A stretch of DNA of 61,443 nt, filler included. It is 4 parts of 4 records of this genome, joined end to end, with 100 filler letters (N's around TTAATTAATTAA, not from the genome) between each part and the next. Parts side by side here need not be neighbours in the genome. Positions count along the whole stretch, not along the records: positions 41,309 to 56,131 come from SRR20825010_3131; positions 56,232 to 61,443 come from SRR20825010_3173; 2 more parts are not named here. One strand, written 5' to 3'. Each line of letters begins with the position of its first letter. Position 1 is the first letter of the stretch. The position numbers were made by a program, and so were the translations under genes. Below are positions 51,220 to 60,077 of this stretch, in pieces. The notes beneath the pieces are model-generated. The model worked only from the letters and a program-made list of their open reading frames with translations. It was not told where the DNA came from and did not search any database.

Positions 51220-51297
51220 ATGGCTTGGTTAAATCTCGTTCTTGCAGGCAATCCTGAAACGGATCGGCCAATCGGGCTGACGCTGACCAGCGCTTAG
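51220..51297 (+). pseudogene. sugE: Decayed, truncated gdx (sugE) SMR transporter fragment or leader ORF
   Basis: MAWLNLVLAGNPETDRPIGLTLTSA* aligns without gaps to the SMR/Gdx first helix (MAW..L..AG..E..W.IGLK), keeping G10 and E13. Confidence 0.7.
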
Positions 51298-51305
51298 TAC
51301 CCGCC

Positions 51306-52487
51306 ATGACAAACGATCCCGATATTGAGGCCGATGGCTCCGGCCGTTCGCTCCCTGAAGTGCCGTCCGATCGCTGGGCGCTGTTGCGCTGGTTCGTATC
51401 GTCCGCGACCATGAATTTTCCGCAGGCAGCCTCCCCGGTCGCGTTTTCGCTGCTTGCTCTGAGCCTTACCGGAGACTCCGGTCAGGGTGCCGCGCTGATC
51501 CTCGCCATGACGCTGGCCCAGGTGCTTGGCGCGATCCCGATCACGCGTCTGGGCAGGAACTTCCAAGCAGCAAGGTTCCTGCAAATCTTGATCGTGATCC
51601 GCACGCTGGCTCTGGTGTTGATGGCCGCACTGGCGGCGCATGGTGTTGCCTTTGTCTGGTTGTTCGTGTTCGCGGCAGTTGCAGGATCGGTGAATGGCGC
51701 GGCTTTCGGATATCTGCGCTCGATCCTGAACAGTCTGACATCGACGACAAGACTGCCCCGGGCACTGGGCATCTCGGCGACACTCAACGAGGTCACGTTC
51801 GTTCTTGCGCCGGTGGCCGCGTCGGGGCTCGGGACGGTCTCACCGATCTTCGCCATCCTGGCGCTGGCACTTCTTGGCGCCGTCCCTGTCTTTCTCGTCC
51901 CGCATATCCAGTCGGTTCACGGTGAGAAGGTGCGGGCGGCCAAGACCTCGGTGCTCACCCCGGCGATTGCCTTGTGGCTTATGTGCGGGGCGGCCGGCGG
52001 CGCCACCGTCGCCGCCATAGAGATCGGCGCTGTCGCCCTCGCCCTGGAGTTCGGGTACGAGCCCGCGCTCGCCATCCTGTTCACGGTCCCGTTGTGCCTG
52101 TCTTCCGTTACAGGAGGCATCCTGGTCAGCATTTACAATCGCACGCTCTCCCGCCGGACGGTGGTGCTTCTGCTGGCGCTCATGGCTGCCGGGGCCACAC
52201 TTGCCGCGTTCCAGCTGTCTCTCACGGCAACCATTATCGGCGCCGTCCTGATCGGCTGCGTTCTCGCGCCTCTGGGGACATACTACTCCCTTATCCTCGA
52301 TACGCTTGTTACGCCGGATAAACGCCCGGAAGTGTTCGCCCTGTTGCGTACATCGAACGCGGTCGGGGTGATCTTCGCGAGCGGAGTGCTGACCGCTTTC
52401 TCAATACCGGTGGCACTGGGCGTTGTCGCGACTCTGATGTTTATCGTCACGTTGGTGGTCGCGGCTGCGTCATTCCGGGAGGTTTGA
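51306..52487 (+). CDS. MFS transporter
   Basis: 393 aa, about 11-12 hydrophobic segments in two halves, E.TFVLAP motif. Confidence 0.82.
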   Translation: MTNDPDIEADGSGRSLPEVPSDRWALLRWFVSSATMNFPQAASPVAFSLLALSLTGDSGQGAALILAMTLAQVLGAIPITRLGRNFQAARFLQILIVIRTLALVLMAALAAHGVAFVWLFVFAAVAGSVNGAAFGYLRSILNSLTSTTRLPRALGISATLNEVTFVLAPVAASGLGTVSPIFAILALALLGAVPVFLVPHIQSVHGEKVRAAKTSVLTPAIALWLMCGAAGGATVAAIEIGAVALALEFGYEPALAILFTVPLCLSSVTGGILVSIYNRTLSRRTVVLLLALMAAGATLAAFQLSLTATIIGAVLIGCVLAPLGTYYSLILDTLVTPDKRPEVFALLRTSNAVGVIFASGVLTAFSIPVALGVVATLMFIVTLVVAAASFREV

Positions 52488-52496
52488 GTCGGCCAA

Positions 52497-52528
52497 ATGA
52501 TGGGCATACCGGAGAGCATGCCCATCAT
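52497..52528. terminator. Hairpin between convergent MFS and fabF
   Basis: ATGATGGGCAT, 10-nt loop, ATGCCCATCAT; no clear U-tract. Confidence 0.5.
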
Positions 52529-52542
52529 CGGCGTTAAAGCCT

Positions 52543-53817
52543 TTATGCGCCAAGCGCGCGCAGGCAGAGGGAGGCGTTTACCCCGCCGAAGCCGAAGCTG
52601 TTGCAGAGCGCACTGCGGAGTGTCTTCGCCCGCGCTTTCAGCGGGATGAAATCCAGATCTTCCGCGCCATCGTCGGCACTGCCGAAATTCAGCGTCGGCG
52701 GCAGAACCCCGCGCAGCACGGCGAGGGTGGAGAAGACTGCTTCCACACCGCCTGCGGCGCCGAGCAGGTGCCCGATGGAGGATTTCGTCGAGGAGATCGG
52801 TATCCCGGCAAGCGCCGCGCCGAACACCCGGCGAAGTGCGGCGATCTCGCCCCGGTCGCCGACCGATGTGGATGTCGCGTGACCGTTGATATAGCCGATT
52901 GCGTCCGGACTCTCCGACGCCCGCTTCAGGCAGGCGTCGATGGCAAGTGCCGCGCCCGAGCCGTCTTCCGGGCCCGCCGTCAGGTGGTAGGCATCCGCGC
53001 TGGTGCCGTAGCCCGCGACCTCGACCAGCGGTGTGGCGCCGCGCGCCTCGGCATGGCTTTTTCGCTCAAGCACGACCAGTCCCGCGCCTTCACCCAGCAC
53101 GAACCCGTCCCGGTCCCTGTCATAGGGCCGTGAGGCCTGTTCCGGCGCTTCGTTCCGGGTGGAGAGGGCACGGGCTGCCGCGAAGCCGCCGATGGTCAGC
53201 CGGTCGATGCAGGCTTCCGTGCCGCCCGCGAGAACCACATCGGCCTCGCCCGCACGGATCAGCCGCATGCCGTCGCCGATGGCCTGGAGCCCGGCGGCGC
53301 AGGCGGTGACCGGCGTGTCGATCGGTCCCCGGAAGCCGTAGCGGATGGAAATATTTCCGGCGGCGAGGTTTCCGAGAAACGCGGGGATGACGAAGGGGGA
53401 GAGGCGGCGGTAGCCGCGCTGGTCGAGGGTGGTCTTGGCTTCCGTGATCACCGGGAAGCCGCCGATGCCGGTGGCGACGGCGGTTGCCGTGCGGTCGCGG
53501 CTTTCCTGATCCTCCGGCTTCCATCCGGCCTGGCTCAAAGCCTCTTCGGCCGCCGCCAGCGCGTAGATGGTGAAGAGATCGACCTTCTTGCGGTCCTTCG
53601 TCGAGATCACGGCGTCGATATCGAGGCCCGCTTCCGGGTCTTCCTCAATGGACGGGACCAGCCCGGCAATGCGGGTCGGCAGGTCGGAGACATCAATCCG
53701 GTCAATCGCACGGATGCCGGAACGGCCTGAGAGGAGCCTGTTCCACACCGCATCGACACCCCGTCCAAGAGGCGTCACGAGACCCATGCCGGTTATCACA
53801 ATCGGATCGTCAGACAT
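52543..53817 (-). CDS. fabF: Beta-ketoacyl-ACP synthase II, stand-alone paralogue
   Basis: VTACAAG, NGHATST, KSSIGHLLGAAG and NSFGFGG. Confidence 0.93.
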   Translation of the reverse strand: MSDDPIVITGMGLVTPLGRGVDAVWNRLLSGRSGIRAIDRIDVSDLPTRIAGLVPSIEEDPEAGLDIDAVISTKDRKKVDLFTIYALAAAEEALSQAGWKPEDQESRDRTATAVATGIGGFPVITEAKTTLDQRGYRRLSPFVIPAFLGNLAAGNISIRYGFRGPIDTPVTACAAGLQAIGDGMRLIRAGEADVVLAGGTEACIDRLTIGGFAAARALSTRNEAPEQASRPYDRDRDGFVLGEGAGLVVLERKSHAEARGATPLVEVAGYGTSADAYHLTAGPEDGSGAALAIDACLKRASESPDAIGYINGHATSTSVGDRGEIAALRRVFGAALAGIPISSTKSSIGHLLGAAGGVEAVFSTLAVLRGVLPPTLNFGSADDGAEDLDFIPLKARAKTLRSALCNSFGFGGVNASLCLRALGA

Positions 53818-53827
53818 TTTCTTCTCC

Positions 53828-53847
53828 AGTTATGTATATGCACAACT
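53828..53847. promoter_or_regulatory. Candidate MarR operator upstream of fabF
   Basis: AGTTATGTATATGCACAACT imperfect palindrome; core resembles GTGCATATGCAC at 54311. Confidence 0.6.
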
Positions 53848-53861
53848 TTGCTCAAAAATAG

Positions 53862-54296
53862 TCACTCAAGCTCGGTCAGGATTTTCAGGGCTTCCTGCAC
53901 CTGGTTCCATTTCTTCTCGCCGAGCTCCTCCCGCACCTTGTCGTGTGCCTCGAACCAGACCGGGATGAACTCTTCGACCCGGCGTTCGCCTTCCTCGGTT
54001 AAGGAGACTTTCTGGGAGCGGCCGCGGCCCTCATTTTCGGGCTGGATCAGACCCTTCTTGCGGAGGGCCTGAAGGTTCCGGGTCATGGCGCTGCGTTCAG
54101 TGGCCGTACGCTCGGCAAGCTCGCTGATGGAGTTGAAACCGCCGGCGGCAATGGAGAACAGCAGGCCAAGCTGGGTGGCCTGAAGGTCGTGCTCCCGGGC
54201 GAGTTTGTTGTAGCGCCGGGTGATCGACCGGGCTGCACGCCGTGAATTCACCATCAGGCAGTAGGTAGCCATGTGCTTGGCGGTTTTCGCGTCCAT
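53862..54296 (-). CDS. MarR family regulator
   Basis: YCLMVNSRRAARSITRRY, HTH (ISELAER..ERSAMTRNL) and LTEEG. Confidence 0.9.
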   Translation of the reverse strand: MDAKTAKHMATYCLMVNSRRAARSITRRYNKLAREHDLQATQLGLLFSIAAGGFNSISELAERTATERSAMTRNLQALRKKGLIQPENEGRGRSQKVSLTEEGERRVEEFIPVWFEAHDKVREELGEKKWNQVQEALKILTELE

Positions 54297-54310
54297 GCGC
54301 CTTGCATAAT

Positions 54311-54322
54311 GTGCATATGCAC
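54311..54322. promoter_or_regulatory. Candidate MarR autoregulatory operator
   Basis: Perfect palindrome GTGCATATGCAC 14 nt upstream of the marR start. Confidence 0.6.
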
Positions 54323-54454
54323 TTCTGTAAAGTCTCCGGATTACCCGGCGGTAATTGCGCGCAGAGCGGGGCCGGGGGCACCATCCGGTTGCGGCAACGG
54401 CCCAAAACGGCTAGGACAAGGCGATTTCCAAGCCTTCTTATCCGGAGAGACCGC

Positions 54455-55615
54455 GTGTCGCATTCCGACAGCGAGAGCGAATTGACCAAGCGTGCCCTGC
54501 TGCCTGCGGGTCTGCGTGACGTGCTGCCGCTTGATGCGGCGCATGAAGCGGCCGTTATCGAAGCCCTGCTGGCCCGCTGTGCCTCGCATGGCTACGACCG
54601 GGTGAAGCCGCCGCTGGTGGAGTTCGAGACCTCGCTCTTCGCCGGGCCGGGCGCTGCCATGAGCGACAGTACCTTCCGTCTGATGGACCCGGTCTCGCAA
54701 AAGATGATGGGCGTGCGCGCGGACATGACCGTGCAGATCGCCCGCATCGCGACAACCCGCCTGAAGCAGGAACCGCGTCCCTTGCGGCTTTGCTATGCGG
54801 GCGAGGTGCTGCGTGTTTCGGCCAATCAGCTCAATCCGGAGCGCCAGCTGGTGCAGGTCGGCGCGGAGCTGCTTGGCGGCGACAGCGTGGCTACCGATGC
54901 GGAGCCGGTGCTGCTGGCGGTGGAAGCCCTGCGCGCCATCGGCGTGACCCGACTTTCCGTTGATCTGACCGCGCCGCGCGTGATCCCGATCCTGTTGGCC
55001 GGCTCCGATCTGCCGAAGGATACGCTGCGATCATTGCGCACGGCCATCGACCGCAAGCATACGGCCGAAGTCCGCCGCCTGGCGGGCGATCTGGCGCCGG
55101 TCATCACCCAGCTGATGGATGCTGCCGGCTCCTGGCAGGAAGCGCTCGACGAATTGTCGGGTATCGAACTGCCGGAAGCGGCACGCGCCGCCATCGACCG
55201 TGTTGCCGCCATCGCGAGAAGCGTCGCGGAGATTGAACCCGACCTCGCCATGACCATCGATCCGGTGGAGAATCGCGGTTTCGAATATTACACCGGCTTC
55301 GGCTTCAGCCTGTTTGCGCGCGGTGTGCGCGGCGAGCTTGGGCGGGGCGGGCGCTATCAGGTGGATGGCGGGGACGGCATCGGCTCGACCGGTTTCACGC
55401 TTTACATGGAAACAGTGCTGCGGGCTCTGCCGGATCCCGTGCGCCCGGACCGGCTTTATCTGCCATCCGGGACCGCCGTGGATCAGGCACGTGCGCTTCG
55501 GGAGCAGGGCTGGATTACCATCGCAGCATTGGACAAGGACCCCGATCCGGCGCTAGAAGCGTCCCGCCTCGGCTGTACTCACATTTTGAAAGACGGAGCG
55601 CCGGTGGCGCTTTGA
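54455..55615 (+). CDS. hisZ: ATP phosphoribosyltransferase regulatory subunit
   Basis: LLPAGLRDVLP, RADMTVQIAR, RLCYAG, GFEYYTG and GRGGRY; upstream of purA; GTG after GGAGAG. Confidence 0.93.
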   Translation: MSHSDSESELTKRALLPAGLRDVLPLDAAHEAAVIEALLARCASHGYDRVKPPLVEFETSLFAGPGAAMSDSTFRLMDPVSQKMMGVRADMTVQIARIATTRLKQEPRPLRLCYAGEVLRVSANQLNPERQLVQVGAELLGGDSVATDAEPVLLAVEALRAIGVTRLSVDLTAPRVIPILLAGSDLPKDTLRSLRTAIDRKHTAEVRRLAGDLAPVITQLMDAAGSWQEALDELSGIELPEAARAAIDRVAAIARSVAEIEPDLAMTIDPVENRGFEYYTGFGFSLFARGVRGELGRGGRYQVDGGDGIGSTGFTLYMETVLRALPDPVRPDRLYLPSGTAVDQARALREQGWITIAALDKDPDPALEASRLGCTHILKDGAPVAL

Positions 55616-55700
55616 TTGCTGAAACACGGAGTGCCGGTGGCACTCTGATTGTGCCGGTGCCGCATTGCGCGGCCGGAATTCAAGAAAGACGAGACGACAC

Positions 55701-56131
55701 ATGAAAAATGTCACGGTGATCGGCGCCCAGTGGGGCGACGAAGGCAAAGGCAAGATCGTTGACTGGCTCTCTGAACGCGCCGACGTGATCGTGCGCTTCC
55801 AGGGCGGTCATAATGCCGGCCATACGCTCGTTATCGGCAATCAGACCTACAAGCTGAGCCTGCTGCCGTCCGGTGTCGTCCGCGAGGGCAAGCTGTCGGT
55901 CATCGGCAACGGCGTGGTCGTCGATCCGTGGGCACTTGCCAGTGAGATCGAGACGCTGGGCAAGGCCGGGGTGAAGATCACCACCGACAATCTGGTGATC
56001 GCGGACAATGCCTCTCTCATTCTGCCGGTGCACCGCCGGATCGACCAGGCCCGCGAAGCGGTTCTGGCGGAAGGCAAGATCGGCACTACGGGACGTGGTA
56101 TCGGCCCGGCCTATGAAGACAAGGTCGCCCG
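55701..56131 (+). CDS. purA: Adenylosuccinate synthase, 3'-truncated by the gap
   Basis: [20 protein letters not shown] and [15 protein letters not shown]. Confidence 0.98.
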
Positions 56132-56231
56132 NNNNNNNNNNNNNNNNNNNNNNNNNNNNNNNNNNNNNNNNNNNNTTAATTAATTAANNNNNNNNNNNNN
56201 NNNNNNNNNNNNNNNNNNNNNNNNNNNNNNN
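56132..56231. other. Artificial contig spacer
   Basis: N-run, TTAATTAATTAA, N-run. Confidence 0.98.
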
Positions 56232-56936
56232 CTTGCCCTCTTCGCCAAGGATGTTCTCGAACGGGACTTCGACATTCTCGAAAATCAACTCGGCCGTGTT
56301 AGAGCCACGCATCCCCAGCTTGTCGAAATGCGGGCTGGTGCTGAACCCGGTCATCGACTTTTCGATCAGGAAGGCGGTGATGCCCTTGGCCCCGGCCTCT
56401 GGGTCCGTCTTGGCGTAGACGACCAGAGTGTCGGCGTCCGGCCCGTTGGTGATCCAGTATTTGTTGCCGTTCAAAACAAATCGGTCGTTCCGCTTTTCGG
56501 CGCGCAGTTTCATGCTGACAACATCCGACCCGGCCGAAGGTTCGGACATCGCCAGCGCGCCGACATGTTCGCCCGAGATCAGGCCCGGCAGGTATTTCTG
56601 TCGCTGCGCATCGGTGCCGTTCAGCTTGATCTGGTTCACGCAGAGGTTGGAATGCGCCCCGTAGGACAGCGATACGCTGGCAGAGGCGCGCGCGATCTCT
56701 TCGACAGCAACGGTATGCGCCAGATAGCTCATGCCTGCGCCGCCGTATTCCTCTGGCACGGTCACACCCAACAGGCCAAGTTCGCCCATTTCGCGCCACA
56801 ACTCAGGCGGAAATTCGTTGGTGCGATCAATCGCGGCGGCCATCGGTTTGACCCGTTCTTGCGACCATTTGTGAACCATCTCGCGCAAGCTGTTTACGTC
56901 TTCGCCGAGGTCGAAATTCATAGATGCCGTGAACAC
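56232..56936 (-). CDS. ivd: Isovaleryl-CoA dehydrogenase, 3'-truncated by the gap
   Basis: [38 protein letters not shown] and [13 protein letters not shown] start after GGGAGGG. Confidence 0.93.
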
Positions 56937-56955
56937 GCCCGTCCCTCCCAAGTAT

Positions 56956-56997
56956 TGAACGCTTGTTCATTTAACGCAGCGCAGCGAGTCGGGTCAA
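56956..56997 (-). promoter_or_regulatory. Candidate ivd promoter with overlapping palindromic operator
   Basis: Minus strand TTGACC-N17-TTAAAT running into TGAAC-N4-GTTCA (56956-56969). Confidence 0.55.
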
Positions 56998-57073
56998 TGG
57001 TTTTGCGCAAATCACGCGCCATAGCCCCCTTGGAACACGCAACCCACGCGCCCATATCGGGTTTGTAACATCA

Positions 57074-58690
57074 GTGTTCAGCATGCTCTTAAACAGTTTC
57101 ACCGACACGATTCAGCGGGCGAGCGCCCTGATCGACAGCAAGGACTTTGACGCCGCTCAATCGCTTCTGGACGAGTTGCCAGAACGATGGAGCTTCGCGC
57201 CTGAGGTGTTCGCCCTGCGGCACCGGTTGTTCACCCGCACGATGCCCGCCCTTCTGCAGCAGCCCATGCCCGCGCAAGAGGCAAAACGGCTTTCGTCTCT
57301 GTTGAACGCGCGCCGTCTGGACGCGACCCTGACGTTGGCACGCAGTCTGGCCGCGCGCAATCCGCACGCCGCGATCCCGCATGAGGCGATGGCGCTGGCA
57401 TTTAACGCTGGGCGGCGGTTTGCCGCTGCGCGGGATGCAGCGCAGGCGGCACTGATCCGCACGCCAGAGCGACCTTCGCTGTACCGGGAACTGGCGCTTG
57501 CGCTATATGAACTTGGGGCGTTTGAGGCGATGGGCGCACCCGCGCAACGGGCCGCAGAGGCGCTGGTCGATGATCCTCTGGCGCAGCGCATGGGGGCTGT
57601 TGCGGCATTGATCCACGGAGAGCGCGAGATGGCGCGTGCGCGGTTCGCCCGTCTGGCAGAGCTTCAGCCGAAAAACGGCGCGGCGCATCGCGGCTTTGCC
57701 GAATTGCACCCCTATACCGACAGGCAAGACCCGCATCTGAAACGGATGCTCCGCGTATTGAAATCCAAGGGCCTGACACCTGCGGAAGAGTTGGAATTCC
57801 ACTTCGCGCTTGGCAAGGCCTTTGACGATCTCGATTTGATCGACAAGGCCTTTGATCATTTCGCCCGTGGCAACGCGCTCAAGAAAAAGCTGCACAGTCT
57901 GAACGCCACCCAAGATATTGACGACGGCGCGCGGGTGCGTGCCGCCTTTGCCACTCTGCGACCGCCTGAGACGACACCGCCCGACCCGCTGCCGATCCTT
58001 GTCTGCGGCTTGCCGCGATCCGGCACCACCTTGACCGAAAGCATCCTTGCCGCGCATCCTCAGGTCGCCGCCGCGGGCGAGCTGACCTTCCTGCGAAGCC
58101 GCCTTTTGCCGCTCCTGCGCAACGACACCCCGCCGACAGATAGCACCTTGTCAGAGGTACGCGACGCGTATCTGGCGGTTTTGCGCACCCACGCAAAGGG
58201 CCGCCCTTTTGTGGTCGACAAGATGCCGCTCAATTTTGTGCTGGCTGGCTATTTGTCCAAACTGATCCCCGGCACCCGGATTGTCGCCCTGCACAGAGAG
58301 CCGCGCGCGCTTGGCTGGTCCATATTTCGGCAATGTTTCGTGCGGACTGGCAACGGGTTTGCCTATGACCTGCGCGACATTGCCGACGCCATGGCACTCT
58401 ACCGCCAGATGATCGGGTTTTGGGAGGATGCAGGCGTCGCGATCCAGCGGCTTGACTATGGCACCCTGACCGAAAAGCCGGACACCACCGTTCAGGCGTT
58501 GTTGGCGGGGCTTGGACTACCCCCCGATCCCGCTTGCGTGGACTTTGCCAACAGCGACCGCGCCGTGGTGACCGCAAGCGCGCTGCAAGTGCGCGAGGGT
58601 ATCCAGACCGGCGCTGACGCAATATGGCGGCGATACGAATCCAAGTTGACGCCGCTGATCGAGCAATTGCGCAAACATGCGTTGATCTGA
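57074..58690 (+). CDS. TPR-containing sulfotransferase family protein
   Basis: TPR-like helices, FALGKA.DD, PAPS loop GLPRSGTTL, AAGEL, DKMPLNF and TASALQVR. Confidence 0.88.
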   Translation: MFSMLLNSFTDTIQRASALIDSKDFDAAQSLLDELPERWSFAPEVFALRHRLFTRTMPALLQQPMPAQEAKRLSSLLNARRLDATLTLARSLAARNPHAAIPHEAMALAFNAGRRFAAARDAAQAALIRTPERPSLYRELALALYELGAFEAMGAPAQRAAEALVDDPLAQRMGAVAALIHGEREMARARFARLAELQPKNGAAHRGFAELHPYTDRQDPHLKRMLRVLKSKGLTPAEELEFHFALGKAFDDLDLIDKAFDHFARGNALKKKLHSLNATQDIDDGARVRAAFATLRPPETTPPDPLPILVCGLPRSGTTLTESILAAHPQVAAAGELTFLRSRLLPLLRNDTPPTDSTLSEVRDAYLAVLRTHAKGRPFVVDKMPLNFVLAGYLSKLIPGTRIVALHREPRALGWSIFRQCFVRTGNGFAYDLRDIADAMALYRQMIGFWEDAGVAIQRLDYGTLTEKPDTTVQALLAGLGLPPDPACVDFANSDRAVVTASALQVREGIQTGADAIWRRYESKLTPLIEQLRKHALI

Positions 58691-58742
58691 TCGGTCTACG
58701 CCTTTCCGTGGACCCGGCGCATGACCGTCTATGATAAGGTGG

Positions 58743-59963
58743 TTAACCAGCCTGCACCGGCGGCGTCGCCTGAAAAACAGCGCTGACTTCGGCCCGGATG
58801 ATCCGGGCGATCAGCGCGCAATCCTCAAGGCTGAAGGTCAGCGGCAGGCGCATATCGACGATCCCGCGCAGCACGCGGTCGCTGGATGGCATCGGCTGCG
58901 ACGGGGCATACCGCCAACTGTCATAGCGCGAGGTAAAGCCTGCCGGTTCCGCGCCGCCAAACCATTTCAATTCGACACCGCGTGCAGCACAACGGGCCAA
59001 CACCTCCTGCACCGCGTCTCGGGTCCAGTCCAGCAACAGGAACTGGATCGACGAGCCGACAAAGCGCTCGGCCTCTGGCCGTTCCGTCAGGCGCAGCCCG
59101 GGCGTGCCGCGTAACCCCTGTTCGACAACTGCGTAGCGGTCATTCCAGCGGTCCACCTGCGCGTCCAGCGCGCGCAACTGAGGCCGCAGGATCGCGGCGC
59201 GCAAGTTATCCATTCGGCCTGAAATGTTCGGCGTGATATATTTCACCCGTTCAAAGACCTCAGGCGCGGGGGCCGCCAGATGCCGGTCATAGAGCATATA
59301 CGATCCTGACAGCATGATGGCACGGGCAGCGATGTCCTCGTCATCGGTGATCAGCAGACCACCCTCACCGGAATTGACGTGTTTGTAGGTCTGCATTGAA
59401 TAGCAGCCCACGGCCCCCTGACGCCCAGAGGGCACGCCGTTCCACGCGGCCCCCATAGTGTGGGCGCAATCCTCAATCACCGTGATTCCGGCGTCGTCAC
59501 AGATCTGCATCAGCCGGTCCATATCGCACAAATGGCCGCGCATATGTGACAGCATCAGGATCTTTGCACCGACTGCGCTGTTGGCCTTGGCCGCCAGATC
59601 ATCCAGGTCGATCACCAGATCCTCTGTCACGCCGACAAAGACTGGCACCGCACCGATGCCCGCAATAGCCCCCGGCACGGGTGCCAACGTAAAGGCATTG
59701 GTCAACACCGTCTCACCCGGCTGCACGCCTACCGCGCGCAACGCACAGCCAAGCGCATAGCCGCCCGACGCCACCGCGACGCAGAACCGCGCGCCGGACA
59801 GTGCCGCAAACTCCTGCTCCAGCAAGGCAGTCTCTGCCGTTTCTCCGGCAAGCGTGTTGTAGCGGTGCAGACGTCCACCCCGCATGACCTCGACCGCTGC
59901 GGCGATCGCCTCTTCGGGGATGGGTTCTTGCTGGGTGAAACTGCCGGTGAAACGCTCTGTCAT
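58743..59963 (-). CDS. DegT/DnrJ/EryC1/StrS PLP aminotransferase
   Basis: IEDCAH and SMQTYKH.NSGEGG (PLP Lys); start MTERF. Confidence 0.9.
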   Translation of the reverse strand: MTERFTGSFTQQEPIPEEAIAAAVEVMRGGRLHRYNTLAGETAETALLEQEFAALSGARFCVAVASGGYALGCALRAVGVQPGETVLTNAFTLAPVPGAIAGIGAVPVFVGVTEDLVIDLDDLAAKANSAVGAKILMLSHMRGHLCDMDRLMQICDDAGITVIEDCAHTMGAAWNGVPSGRQGAVGCYSMQTYKHVNSGEGGLLITDDEDIAARAIMLSGSYMLYDRHLAAPAPEVFERVKYITPNISGRMDNLRAAILRPQLRALDAQVDRWNDRYAVVEQGLRGTPGLRLTERPEAERFVGSSIQFLLLDWTRDAVQEVLARCAARGVELKWFGGAEPAGFTSRYDSWRYAPSQPMPSSDRVLRGIVDMRLPLTFSLEDCALIARIIRAEVSAVFQATPPVQAG

Positions 59964-60077
59964 TTCTGTGTTTTGACGCAGGCATGGCGCGGCGGTCAAT
60001 CCATTCGCGACCATTGCCGCCCTGAGCGCGTCGCTTTTCGTGAAATGCAGGCGCATGGCCTGCGCTACGCTGCCGGT

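Noticed and set aside
45288-51297. Functional link between the hydantoinase operon and the guanidine-type switch
   Set aside because: Only adjacency supports it; no guanidine-releasing or urea carboxylase gene is seen.
55629-55645. GAGTGCC-GGT-GGCACTC hairpin before purA as a purine-related riboswitch
   Set aside because: It is a single short hairpin in an 85-nt gap with no aptamer consensus.
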